Shown piece by piece: positions 1-9,993 of a DNA stretch of 64,000 nucleotides. Origin of the DNA: an uncultured Chthonomonadaceae bacterium (lineage in GTDB: Bacteria; Armatimonadota; Chthonomonadetes; Chthonomonadales; Chthonomonadaceae); assembly GCA_963835065.1 (NCBI GenBank), contig CAWIEK010000053.1:128001-192000 (forward strand). The letters run 5' to 3'. Every line of letters starts with the position of its first letter. Positions within the stretch are counted from its first letter, which is position 1. Under the pieces are notes generated by a model. That model saw only the letters and a list, made by a program, of their open reading frames with translations. It had not been told where the DNA came from and did no database searches. Both the position numbers and the translations under genes were made by a program.

Positions 1-1
1 G

Positions 2-529
2 TTTGTCAAGGCGTGGCAGGCGCTGCCCGGCTTCCGCAACGAGTCGGGATTGGGAACGTGGCTGCACCGCATCGCTTATCACGAATACACCCACTGGCTG
101 CGCAGCCGCCGGGATCACGCGCCCCTGGAAGCCGCCGAACATATCCCCGGCCCCTCCATTGATAATGATTGGGGCATGGCGCTGCTTCCCAACGCGCTGG
201 CGCAGTTGACCGATGATCTGCGCGAAACGTTTCTGCTGCATTATGTACAGGAGTTGTCGGTGCAGGAAGTGGCGGACGTGCTGGCCGTGCCGAAGGGAAC
301 CGTGAAGTCGCGCTTGTTTACGGCGCGGGCCAAATTGCGCGAGATTTTGCAGGCCGCGGAGCAGGAAGCGCAGGCGCAAATGGCAGAAACGCCACGCTAC
401 GAAATCCCCGCGCAGTACCGCGTTCAGCCCAACTCCATTCCACAGAAAGCAAGCGATAAGGAAGCGCCAAATCAAATTTTGAACGCGCCCCCCGCGCCGC
501 CGGAAGTCACGCCGCTCCTGAATACCTGA
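2..529 (+). CDS. ECF sigma-70 factor (5' end outside window)
   Basis: Open frame from base 2: FVKAWQALPGFRNESGLGTWLHRIAY (region 2) and ELSVQEVADVLAVPKGTVKSRL (region 4 HTH). Confidence 0.9.
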   Translation, partial: FVKAWQALPGFRNESGLGTWLHRIAYHEYTHWLRSRRDHAPLEAAEHIPGPSIDNDWGMALLPNALAQLTDDLRETFLLHYVQELSVQEVADVLAVPKGTVKSRLFTARAKLREILQAAEQEAQAQMAETPRYEIPAQYRVQPNSIPQKASDKEAPNQILNAPPAPPEVTPLLNT

Positions 530-558
530 GCAGGCGGAAGATACAAGAGAACAATGCT

Positions 559-637
559 GAGTGCTGAGTGCTGAGTGATGAATGATGAATATGATGCAGA
601 ATCTAATTCATCATTCATCACTCAGCACTCAGCACTC
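559..637. repeat. Palindrome built of heptamer repeats (perfect 32-bp arms)
   Basis: gagtgctgagtgctgagtgatgaatgatgaat (559-590) and its exact reverse complement (606-637). Confidence 0.9.
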
Positions 638-685
638 CCCTTAACACCCGACCCCCTACCCTTAGCCGGAGAGGAAACGCCTGAG

Positions 686-2468
686 ATGAAATGCCATACG
701 CTCCATGATCGAAATTTTGCCGCGCGCTGGTGGCATCGGCGGTGGTGCCGGGAGTGCCGAACCGCGCAGTCGGTGGATACCTTTATCCGATTCGGACTGA
801 TGCAAATGAAGGCGCAGCCGTTGGAATCGCCCGGCTTGGACGGCCTGTTGTCCGCCTTGCCTTTGCGAGTTGGGGGCCGTAATGTGCGCCGCGCGTCCGC
901 GCGCATGGCGGGCGTTTGGCTGCGGCGCAAGGCGCGTAGCGTGGGTATCGCGCTGGTATTGGGCGGTGTCTGGTGGCAGTACATGAACTATGTTCCGCCC
1001 ATTTCTATTCCCGCCAAAATCGCGCCCGACCATAACGCTTTCGATATCTTCAAGGTGGCGGGCGGCATGATTGTGGCAGACAAAAGTTTGGCCGATGAAC
1101 TCAGCGAAGCGCAGCAGGCGGAAAACGATCCGCCCACGCGGGAACGCCGCGACGCGCGCTTGAAGCAGGCCGGCAAAGCCTTGCCAACCCTGGCGGAACT
1201 GCGAGCAGGCGGTAAAGCCGAACGGCCTGACGGTCACGGCAAACGGGGCAAAACCTCTCACCAGTGCGACGCTTGACAGCCTGCCATACGACAGCAAGAA
1301 CATCAAAATGCAGTACACGCGGGCAGAAAAGCAGGCGCTGTTGAACAGTGGCCGGGACGCGCTGGCGAAACTGCGCGAAGGCTTGAAGTACCCCTATATG
1401 GACGTATACCCGCGCCGTTGGGACGTGATGTTTTCGTATTATGGAGAGTTTCGGACTTTGGCGCGGCTGCTGCGCCTGGAAGCCGAACTGAAAGCGGCAA
1501 AGGGCGACTGGCGCGGCGCAATGCAAAGCAGCCTGGACGCAATTCAAGTAGGCATGGATATGGGGCACGGCAGTACGCTGATCGGGCGCTTGACGGGCAT
1601 TGCCTGCGAAGCCATCGGACAGCAGGAAGCATGGAAAATTGTGGAGCATCTGGACGCGAAGCAGGCGAAAGAAGCGATTGCCCGCCTGCAAGCCATTCGC
1701 GCCTATCATGCGCCGTTTGCGGAAACCATGCAGGAAGAGGGATGGTTTATGCAGGAGGCGCTGGCCTACGCGATGCGCAGCCCGGGCTGGCGTCCAAGTT
1801 TCGTCAATCTGACCGGCAATGACTCAAAAGAGTTTGCGATAGCCATGATGGGCTGGTCGAACCGCGTGATCTTGAAGGACATAACGCAGGTAATAGAGGA
1901 GAACGTTCGGAGGGCGCGGCTGCGGTATGCGCAAAGCAGCAAACTGCCGGAGATTAAGCTGCCGTTGGATCCCATCGTGCAGATGCTATCTCCCGTCTTT
2001 GCGCAGGCGCAGTACAAGGACGTGTACGCCAGCGAAACGCAATCCGCGCTGCTGGTCACGGCTCTGGCCCTGCGCGCGTATCGGCAGGAACACGGTAGCA
2101 AACTGCCGGAACGTCTGGAGCAGTTGACGCCCCGGTATCTGGCGCAGGTTCCCGCCGACCCATTTGCAAGCGACAATGGGACACTGTGTTACCATACTAC
2201 ACCTATCCTGCTAAAAGCGCAGCAGCCGATAATAACCATGCTGCCAGGTGTCAACACGGATTTACCGACGTTGACCCCGTACACACTGTACAGCGTCGGA
2301 CCGGACGGCAGGGACGACGGCGGCAGCCCGGTGGACTTGCTGTGGAAGCGAGGCTCCAATTACGACCCGCATATCATTAGTTGGGAAAGCGGCAACAACG
2401 AGAAAAACCGCTTCAACGTCCAGCCCGACAGTCAGGGCGATATCGTGGCGGGCGTGAACACCAAGTAG
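686..2468 (+). CDS. Putative membrane-anchored anti-sigma-like protein; frameshift near 1202
   Basis: RBS ggagagg before ATG 686; N-terminal Cys/His motif (H..WCREC); one TM (VGIALVLGGVWW); ORFs 575-1276 and 1308-2468 join if one base near 1202 is removed; C-terminal DPF and YSVGPDGRDDGG motifs. Confidence 0.6.
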
Positions 2469-2502
2469 GAAATAGCGCCCCTGTTTGCGCAAAACGGGGT
2501 CT

Positions 2503-2694
2503 ACCCTCATCCGGCCTTCGGCCACCTTCTCCCTGCAAGGGAGAAGGCTAATGTGGAAGTCAGGTGCGGGAATCAGGAGTTTGTTTCCGGCGTAAGGCTA
2601 CGTTTCAGGCTTCTCCATCCCCTGTTCAACCACCCATTGCATAGTTTAGCCTTCTCCCTTGCAGGGAGAAGGTGGCCGAAGGCCGGATGAGGGT
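2503..2694. repeat. REP-like inverted repeat pair (perfect 49-bp arms, each with internal hairpins)
   Basis: accctcatccggccttcggccaccttctccctgcaagggagaaggctaa at 2503-2551 and its reverse complement at 2646-2694. Confidence 0.9.
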
Positions 2695-3016
2695 TGAAAC
2701 TACCGTTATTATGAATTCCTCTGTTACAAAATCGCTTCCCCACTGTCTCACCAAACACCAAAACTTTTAGAAAAGCGTTTCCTGTCGTCAAGTTTTTCGG
2801 CAGGTTGGCGTTGCATGCTGTATAATGATTTAAGGCTAAACTGCCGGATACATCGGCATTGAAGGCTTCAGTACGCGGCGGTGAAGGCGCGTAATCTGCC
2901 TGCGCCTCCAAAATTATTTTCAAAAAAGTTGCTTTCAGCCACTTTTCGACCTTCTAAAAAAAGCATACAAGCGTAAATAGTGAGTATAGGGCGACAACAC
3001 ACTGAGGGATAACGGC

Positions 3017-5573
3017 TTGCGACCTTTCAAAACAACAACCCACACGACTTTCGGCGTTCGACGCGCCTTGAGCAACGCTGTTTCGAGCCTGCGCGGGCGG
3101 GCATTGCTGGCCTGCATTTTGCCGGCAAGCGCGCTGCTCGTTGCCGCCGCCAGTCCGAGCCTGAGCGCGCATTCCAAAGGGGGAAGCGGCGCGTCCGGCA
3201 AGAACGTCGTCGGCAAAACGCCGGGCGGCGCGACAACCCCAAGCGCGCAGGCCGGGTTCGCGCATGATGTCTTGCCGATGCTGCAAAAATACTGCGTCAG
3301 TTGCCACACGGGCAAAGCGGCGCAGGCGGGCATTGATCTCGCGCACTACAAAACGGTAGACGGCGTACTCAAAGACCGCGACAACTGGGATCGGGTTGCG
3401 CAGGCCGTTTCGTCCGCGCACATGCCGCCGACAGGACTGCCCGCCCCGACCAAAGCGCAGCGCGATACGCTCGTCAACTGGGTACAGGCCACAACGTCCG
3501 CCGCCGATTGTAAATTGAACGATCCCGGCCACGTAACGCTTCGCCGCCTGAACCGCGCCGAGTACAACAACACCATTCGTGACCTGTGCGGCGTGGACAT
3601 TCATCCCGCCGATGCGTTTCCCAACGATGATGTCGGGTACGGTTTTGACAACATCGGCGACGTGCTTTCCATTTCGCCCCTGCTGATGGAAAAATACGTC
3701 AGCGCGGCGGAACAGGTGGCCCATGCCGCGTTCGAGAACCCGGACAAGTTTATCAAGCCGGAAAGTTTCACGTCCACGCGCCTGAACTATATCAGCCAGA
3801 GCAGCAACTTGGGCGACCATGCCAGCCTGTACACGACCAATTCCGAGGCGGGTGTAGATTACACGTTCCCGACAAACGGCGATTACATGCTGCGCTCCAT
3901 CGCCTGGCAGGACAAAGCCGGCCCCGATGCCGCCAAAATGGAACTGCGGCTGGATGGCAAGCCGCTGAAAGCGTTTGATGTGACCGCCGGAGCGCGTGAC
4001 CCGAAACCTTATGAAATGCGCGTCACGGTTCCCGCCGGGCAGCACCGTTACAGCGTGGTTTTTTTGAACGATTTCTACGATTCGTCCGAACCCAACAACC
4101 GCCGCAAAGGGAACCGGGACCGCAACCTCAACGTCAAGGCGCTGGAGATTGTCGGTCCCCTGCACAGCGACGATTCGGAATCCTTTTTGGCGAAGCAGTT
4201 GGGGCAGTTCGATCCCAACGACGCCACTCGTGACAGCGTGGCCCGCAAGTTCCTGACGGACTTCACCCGCCGCGCGTACCGCCGCCCGGTCACGAAAGAG
4301 GAAGTGGACGCCCTCCTGCGCTACGTAGACCTGGCGCACAAGCAGGGCGAGCCGTTCCGCAAGGGCATCGAGTACGCTATGACAGCCGCGATGTGTTCGC
4401 CCAACTTCCTGTTCCGCGTGGAAACCACGTCGCCCGCGCCCAAAGCCACAACGAAAAGCGCGACGCGAACGGTTAAGAACACGGGTAAATCGCATATCAA
4501 GACCGCCGCGCTGACGACGGCTGCGGACGGCGCGAGCGGCAAGTACCTGCTCGGCGATTACGCTCTGGCTTCGCGCCTGTCCTACTTTTTGTGGTCGTCC
4601 ATGCCGGACGATGAACTGTATGCCCTTGCCGCCAAAGGCAAATTGCAGGACAACACGATCCTGGCCGCGCAGGTGAAGCGGATGCTCAAAGACCCGCGCG
4701 CCCATGCCCTGTCCGACAACTTCGCGGGGCAATGGCTGCAATTGCGCAACCTGGCCGGTCTTTCGCCCGACACGGCCCGCTTCCCGGACTTCAACGACGG
4801 CCTGCGCCGCGCCATGAAAATGGAAACGGAACTTTTCTTCCAGTCCATCGTCGGTGAAGATAGAAGCATACTGGATTTTCTGGACGCCAAGTACACGTTC
4901 CTCAACGAACAGCTTGCGAAGCACTACGGCATTGAGGGCGTACAGGGCGGCAATTTCCGCAAGGTCGCGCTGCAAGGCAACCAGCGCGGCGGCATTCTGA
5001 CGCAGGCCAGCCTGCTCACCGTGACAAGCAACCCGACGCGCACCAGCCCGGTGAAGCGCGGCAAGTGGGTGATGGAAAACCTGTTGGGAACGCCCCTGCC
5101 GCCCGCGCCGCCCAATGTGCCCGCCCTTTCGGATGACAAGAAAGGTCCGCTTGTCGGAACCCTGCGGCAGCGCATGGAACAGCACCGCGCCAATCCCGCC
5201 TGCGCAAGTCTGCCATGCCCGCATGGACCCCATCGGCTTCGGCCTGGAGAACTTCGACGCGGTTGGCGGATGGCGCACCAAGGATGGCGAAACAACCCTG
5301 GATGCCAGCGGCGTTTTGCCTGACGGCGCGAAGTTCAACGGCCCTTCGGAACTGAAGCAGATACTTCTCAGTAAAAAAGGTGAATTTGTGCGCTGCCTGG
5401 CGCAAAAATTAATGACTTATTCGCTAGGACGTGGCGTAGAACGCACCGATAAGTGTACAATAGATACAATCACGCAGACAACCGCGAAGAACGGCTACAA
5501 ATTCTCCGCGCTCGTCACCGCAATCGTACAAAGCGATCCTTTCCGCAAGCAGCGGGGGGATGGAGGACTATAA
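3017..5573 (+). CDS. Planctomycete-type cytochrome c protein with DUF1587/1595/1592/1588/1585 domains; frameshift near 5209
   Basis: CVSCH heme motif, LRRLNRAEYNNTIRDL, LASRLSYFLWSSMPD, TSPVKRGKW; CASCH restored and MDPIGFGLENFD follows after a one-base shift. Confidence 0.88.
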
Positions 5574-5577
5574 CGAC

Positions 5578-6923
5578 ATGACTTTTGAACCGCTTTCACG
5601 ACGCACCTTTTTGCGCGGCGTCGGCACGGCAATGGCGCTGCCCATGCTGGAATCCATGCTGCCCCTGAGCGCCCTTGCGCAGTCGGCGGCCAAAGCAGCG
5701 CGCGTCAATCGCATGGCCTTCATCTTCGTGCCCAACGGCGTCAACATTCCCATGTGGACACCGGCTGCGGAAGGCGCGCTGGAATTGTCGCCCACGCTGG
5801 CTTCCATGTCGAGCGTGAAGAACAAACTCAACGTGTCTGACCGGACTGGCGCAGCACAATGCGTTCGCGCTTGGCGACGGCGGCGGCGACCATGCCCGCA
5901 GCGCGGCCACATGGCTGACCGGCTGCCACCCGCGCAAAACCGACGGCGCGGACATCAAGGCGGGTATCTCGGTTGACCAACTGGCGGCGATGAAAGTCGG
6001 GCGGCAGACGCCGTTCGCTTCCCTTGAATTGGGCTGTGAGCGCGGGGCGCAGTCGGGCAACTGCGATTCCGGTTATAGCTGCGCGTATTCGTCCAGCATT
6101 TCGTGGCGCGGCGACAGCACCCCGAACGCGCACGAGGTAGACCCCCGCGCCGTGTTCGAGCGGCTGTTCGGCAACAACGACCCGAACGAAACGGCGGAAA
6201 GCCGCATCCGGCGGCAGGGCTTCAAGCGCTCCATTCTGGACTTCGTGCTGGAAGACGCCAACAAATTGAAGAAGCAGCTAGGCGCGAAAGACCAGACCAA
6301 ACTGGACGAGTATTTCACGGGCGTCCGCGAAATCGAAGACCGGTTGGCCCGCGTGGAAAAAATGAATTCCGGCGCGTCCCTGAGCGCGAAAGCGCCTGCC
6401 GGCGTTCCGCCCGAATTCGGCGAGCATATCCGCCTGATGTTCGACATGATGACGCTTGCATATCCAGGCCGACCTGACCCGCGTCTGCACGTTCATGATC
6501 TGCAACGACGGCAGCAACCGCAACTACAAGGAAGTGGGCGTACCGGAAGGCCACCACGATATGTCGCATCACGGCGGCGACGCGCACAAGCAGGAGCAGG
6601 TTGCCAAAATCAACAAGTTCCACGCGGATCAGGTGGCGTACTTCCTGAACAAACTGGACAGCATCCACGAGCCGAACGGCACGCTGCTGGACAACTCGAT
6701 GGTCATGTACGGCGCGGGCATCAGCGACGGCGACCGCCACAACCACGACAACCTGCCGATTCTGCTGGCGGGCGGCGGCGCGGGCACGTTGAAGACGGGG
6801 CTGCACCAGAAGTTTGCGCCCGACACCCCGCTCAACAACCTGTTCCTGTCCCTGCTCGACCGCATGGGCGTCCACGCCGAAACCATCGGCGACAGCACCG
6901 GAAGACTGACAACCCTGCTCTAA
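5578..6923 (+). CDS. DUF1552 (HxxSHH) protein; frameshifts near 5836 and 6462
   Basis: Tat-like LSRRTFLRG, CDSGYSCAY, HHDMSHH, GTLLDNSM; the usual partner of the upstream DUF1592 gene. Confidence 0.88.
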
Positions 6924-7049
6924 GCCGTGTTGGTAAATCAGCGCGTGACAGCGCAGATACATTTAACCTTAATGCCGGAATAAGGTAACTCTTGTTCCGG
7001 CATTGGGGTTTAACCACAAGAATCAGAGTTGCAAAGGGAGATACCGAAT

Positions 7050-7319
7050 ATGCCACGAAAACAATATAGCCGTGAGGAAATCGCGCAACGCGCCAACGAA
7101 ATTTATCAGCGCGACATACGCGATAAGGTAATGCCGCAGCACAAAGGCAAGTTTCTGGTGCTGGACATTGAATCCGGCGATTACGAAATGGATGCTGATG
7201 ATATGAGCGCGGAAGAAACGCTGCAAGCGCGGCGACCTGACGGCGTTCTCTTCGGCCTGCGCATCGGCTACACGTCTGCGTACACGCTGGCGGGGCGCAT
7301 GGTGGAAGAAGCCGCATGA
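7050..7319 (+). CDS. Small hypothetical protein (DUF5678-like)
   Basis: MPRKQYSREEIAQRANEIYQRDIR...KGKFLVLDIESGDYE; RBS gggaga; paralog at 8850. Confidence 0.7.
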   Translation: MPRKQYSREEIAQRANEIYQRDIRDKVMPQHKGKFLVLDIESGDYEMDADDMSAEETLQARRPDGVLFGLRIGYTSAYTLAGRMVEEAA

Positions 7320-7412
7320 TTACCTGAGTCGTCAATGCCAATTGGAACAACAATTCCACTAAAAGTGGTCGGGCAAAGCAGTCAGTCTCAAACTATTGTG
7401 CCGGTTATAACG
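7316..7412 (+). pseudogene. Remnant 5' end of clan AA aspartyl protease-like gene
   Basis: ATGA overlap with upstream stop; reads MIT*VVNAN then, shifted, TTIPLKVVGQSSQSQTIVPVI; ends just before the expected DTG motif. Confidence 0.55.
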
Positions 7413-7733
7413 AGTATACGTATACAGAAGCCTTGGGAAAACGCTTTGTGGATTACGAAAAGTTATTGATATATGATTATTAATACAATGAAATTTAGAG
7501 AGCAGGTAAATTTTCGATTTAATATTCAATTAAGTAATAATAAATTTGTTTTTGGTGACATGCGGCTTAAAAGATATACATAACTGGCCTGATTTCAACT
7601 TCAAGAGTAAGCATTATCTCTGCATGTGTCAGATTGATACAACAAGCCCTTGCTTGTGACAGTGGACAATCAACATACATCACAAATGCCTTTGAGAAAA
7701 TCCGGATGGTCTTAACAAATTAAAAATTACTTC

Positions 7734-7762
7734 TTGACAGGTTGCCCGTCTTGTAGTATAAT
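7734..7762 (+). promoter_or_regulatory. Perfect consensus sigma70 promoter
   Basis: TTGACA (7734-7739), 17-nt spacer, TATAAT (7757-7762); A-rich UP-like tract upstream. Confidence 0.85.
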
Positions 7763-7865
7763 CCCGGATGGACTTACGCAAGGAGGGGCATATTATCAAT
7801 TTAATATGGCATATATGATTGGATATATATGAATTTGATAAATTTATTTAAAACAGGAGAAAGAA

Positions 7866-8213
7866 ATGAATAAAACGTATGCATATAGGGTTGGTCAACG
7901 TTTCAGGCTAAACCCTCTTTCGTATGAGCATAGTGAATGCGAAATAATGGTTATCTATTTTAGTGAGCCAGCAAGAACATACACTAATGTTCACGATCCT
8001 TCAGCTTATGTCAACAAAATTATCAGGGAGCGGTTGGAGTATACAGATGCATTTCCAGAATCGGATAATCAAGCAAGGGTTAGTGTTCGTGAAAGTGATA
8101 TAGAAACAATCGTTGTTATTTATGAAAATGCTAAATTTGAAGTGTGGGACTACAAAAAACCATATTCAATAAATTGGATATTGATTGATGATTTTAATGT
8201 TACTTATCATTAA
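7866..8213 (+). CDS. AT-rich hypothetical protein
   Basis: 115-aa ORF with RBS aggaga, downstream of the consensus promoter; no family recognised. Confidence 0.6.
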   Translation: MNKTYAYRVGQRFRLNPLSYEHSECEIMVIYFSEPARTYTNVHDPSAYVNKIIRERLEYTDAFPESDNQARVSVRESDIETIVVIYENAKFEVWDYKKPYSINWILIDDFNVTYH

Positions 8214-8289
8214 ATATCAGAGGAAACGCAAAATACAATTTTAAATATAATTGAGGCAGACTAACTCCTCGTAGAAAACTGTAGCAGGA

Positions 8290-8334
8290 CTGGTGTGTAA
8301 TGAAGGAAGGCACACTTCTTGCGCCTTCCTTTTG
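8290..8334 (+). repeat. Direct repeat copy 1 (-10-like box plus hairpin)
   Basis: ctggtgtgtaatgaaggaaggcaca-cttct-tgcgccttccttttg; similar to 9931-9977. Confidence 0.6.
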
Positions 8335-8375
8335 TTCTGGCTGTTTTTAAGCACAGGAAAATACAAATAGACATC

Positions 8376-8618
8376 ATGCTTGACGCGGAATTGGAACAAA
8401 GACTTCGGTACAAAGTTGCTCGTGGGGAGTATTCTTCTGTGGAGGCGGCTTTGAATGAAGCCCTGCGCCGCCTTCTGGAACCGGAGGCGGAACTTGCCAA
8501 TCCGCTTCCGTTAGAGGAGATGCGCCACGAAATTATGATTGGCGTGGAGCAGTCAGATAGGGGTGACGTTGTGCGGTTTGATGCCGAAGCCATCAAAGCC
8601 GAAGGACGGCGGTTATAG
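8376..8618 (+). CDS. ParD-like (CC2985-type RHH) antitoxin, no toxin partner
   Basis: LDAELEQRLRYKVARGEYSSVEAALNEALRRL...EIMIGVEQSDRG...DAEAIKAEGR. Confidence 0.7.
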   Translation: MLDAELEQRLRYKVARGEYSSVEAALNEALRRLLEPEAELANPLPLEEMRHEIMIGVEQSDRGDVVRFDAEAIKAEGRRL

Positions 8619-8636
8619 CTGTCTCAACACCCGGAA

Positions 8637-8750
8637 ATGTCTGTTGCGGAAGGTAAGACTATGGCGAACTTCCTTAGTGACTTCATCGGGTGCGTTGACA
8701 GCAGCGAGGCTTATCGTGAAGGTTCTTGGCTCTGCGATATTTGCTGAAGG
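8637..8750 (+). pseudogene. Fragment resembling the C-terminus of a small antitoxin-like protein
   Basis: MSVAEGKTMANFLSDFIGCVDSSE, then loss of frame (FAEGM appears in another frame). Confidence 0.35.
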
Positions 8751-8849
8751 GATGGGAACGCGCGTATGGAGACAACAAGCGGGACAATCGGCTTATGATG
8801 TATTAATGAAATGAAAACACCTGACGATTACTGCATGGAGGAACAAATA

Positions 8850-9245
8850 ATGCTTGTGCGCTCACCCCGCTACTCGAAAGAAGAGTTTGCCCGACGCGGC
8901 GATGAAATTTATAACCGCGATATTCGCTCACAGGTGGATACGGAGCAGAACAAAGGCAAGTTCGTCGCTATTGATATCGAAACCGGCACATGGGAAATGG
9001 ACGCCAGCGAAATTGAGGCAGGCAACCGTTTGTGCCAGCGAATTCCTGACGCGCAAACGTGGATGATACGGGTTGGCTACGGCTACATTCGCCGTTTTCG
9101 GCTTGCACAGAATACGCAACCACAGAAAAGGGTTACTTCCATTTCCGCAGAAGAGGCACAGAAGTGGATGAACGATTTTCCACAAAGAAGAGACAGGTTC
9201 GTTGCCGCTATTCGAGAAGCCAAGAATCGGGACTTACCAAAGTGA
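8850..9245 (+). CDS. DUF5678-like protein with an apparently unrelated C-terminal extension
   Basis: RBS ggagg; RYSKEEFARRGDEIYNRDIR...KGKFVAIDIETG aligns with 7050-7319; about 45 extra aa after GYIRRF. Confidence 0.65.
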   Translation: MLVRSPRYSKEEFARRGDEIYNRDIRSQVDTEQNKGKFVAIDIETGTWEMDASEIEAGNRLCQRIPDAQTWMIRVGYGYIRRFRLAQNTQPQKRVTSISAEEAQKWMNDFPQRRDRFVAAIREAKNRDLPK

Positions 9246-9257
9246 GGGGGCAGAACG

Positions 9258-9467
9258 ATGAGTGACCCTGATAGTCAATCTACGCCGCAAAGCATTAAGT
9301 TAGCCGAACAGGACATTGACGATCCTCTGCCGTTAGAGGAGATGCGCCGCAGACTGATGATTGCTGAGGAACAGGTACAGCAAGGATTGGTCAGTCCGCT
9401 GGACATGGACGCCATCATTGCGGAAGGCCATAAGATACTGGCCGCTCGACACGCTGCCAAGTCGTAA
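9258..9467 (+). CDS. ParD-like antitoxin C-terminal half lacking the RHH domain
   Basis: PLPLEEMR...EQ..G.V...D.DAI.AEG shared with 8376-8618, including the DNA match ccgttagaggagatgcgcc. Confidence 0.55.
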   Translation: MSDPDSQSTPQSIKLAEQDIDDPLPLEEMRRRLMIAEEQVQQGLVSPLDMDAIIAEGHKILAARHAAKS

Positions 9468-9496
9468 AGAATCCGCATAGTTTTTGGAGGTGTGCT

Positions 9497-9915
9497 ATGA
9501 ACCGGGTTTCCATTCTCGCCCATTTTGACGGGGCACATATTCTTCTGGACGAACCCTATTCTTTAGAACCCAATGCGAAACTCCTTGTCACCGTGTTGCC
9601 GGAACAAGATGAAGAACGCGAAGATTGGCTGCGCCTGCCGAGCAAAGGCTTGCAGACGCTTATGGCGACGACGAGCCGGAGTATCCGCTTTCGTGTATTC
9701 GTGAAATGAACAAGGTGGATTTAGCGGCGGCGTATCAGCAGATGGCTCAGGACAAAGCGCGGGAAATGGAAGCGCGGGATTGGGTTGAGGAAACGCAGGA
9801 TCGCGCCGAAGCGGTTGAAGGTATCCGGCGCGGTTGGGAAGCATGTGAGCAGGGGCGGATGCGTCCGTTTCGGGAGTTTGCCGCCGAGCAACGCGCCAAA
9901 TTCAACCTGCCCTAA
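9497..9915 (+). CDS. Chimeric antitoxin-like ORF (three fused modules); frameshift near 9638
   Basis: RBS ggagg; AHFDGAHILLDEP...AYGDDEPEY, then DLAAAYQQMAQDKAREMEARDW, then AVEGIRRGWEACEQGRMRP. Confidence 0.55.
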
Positions 9916-9930
9916 TAACTTAAAACGGGG

Positions 9931-9977
9931 CTGGTGTATAATGAAGGGAAGCGCAGGCTGTTTGCGCTTCCTTTTTG
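9931..9977 (+). repeat. Direct repeat copy 2 (TATAAT plus hairpin), upstream of hydrolase
   Basis: ctggtgtataatgaagggaagcgca-ggctgtt-tgcgcttcctttttg. Confidence 0.6.
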
Positions 9978-9993
9978 CATAAAGGAGACTTTT

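Noticed and set aside
2954..5338. 794-aa minus-strand ORF and the many other long antisense ORFs
   Set aside because: Shadows of GC-rich real genes on the opposite strand; no motifs of their own
5200..6470. Programmed ribosomal frameshifting in DUF1592/DUF1552 genes
   Set aside because: No slippery sequences; similar breaks are scattered across unrelated genes, consistent with read errors
8361..9915. Integron cassette array
   Set aside because: No attC-like RYYYAAC...GTTRRRY sites seen between ORFs and no integrase in the window
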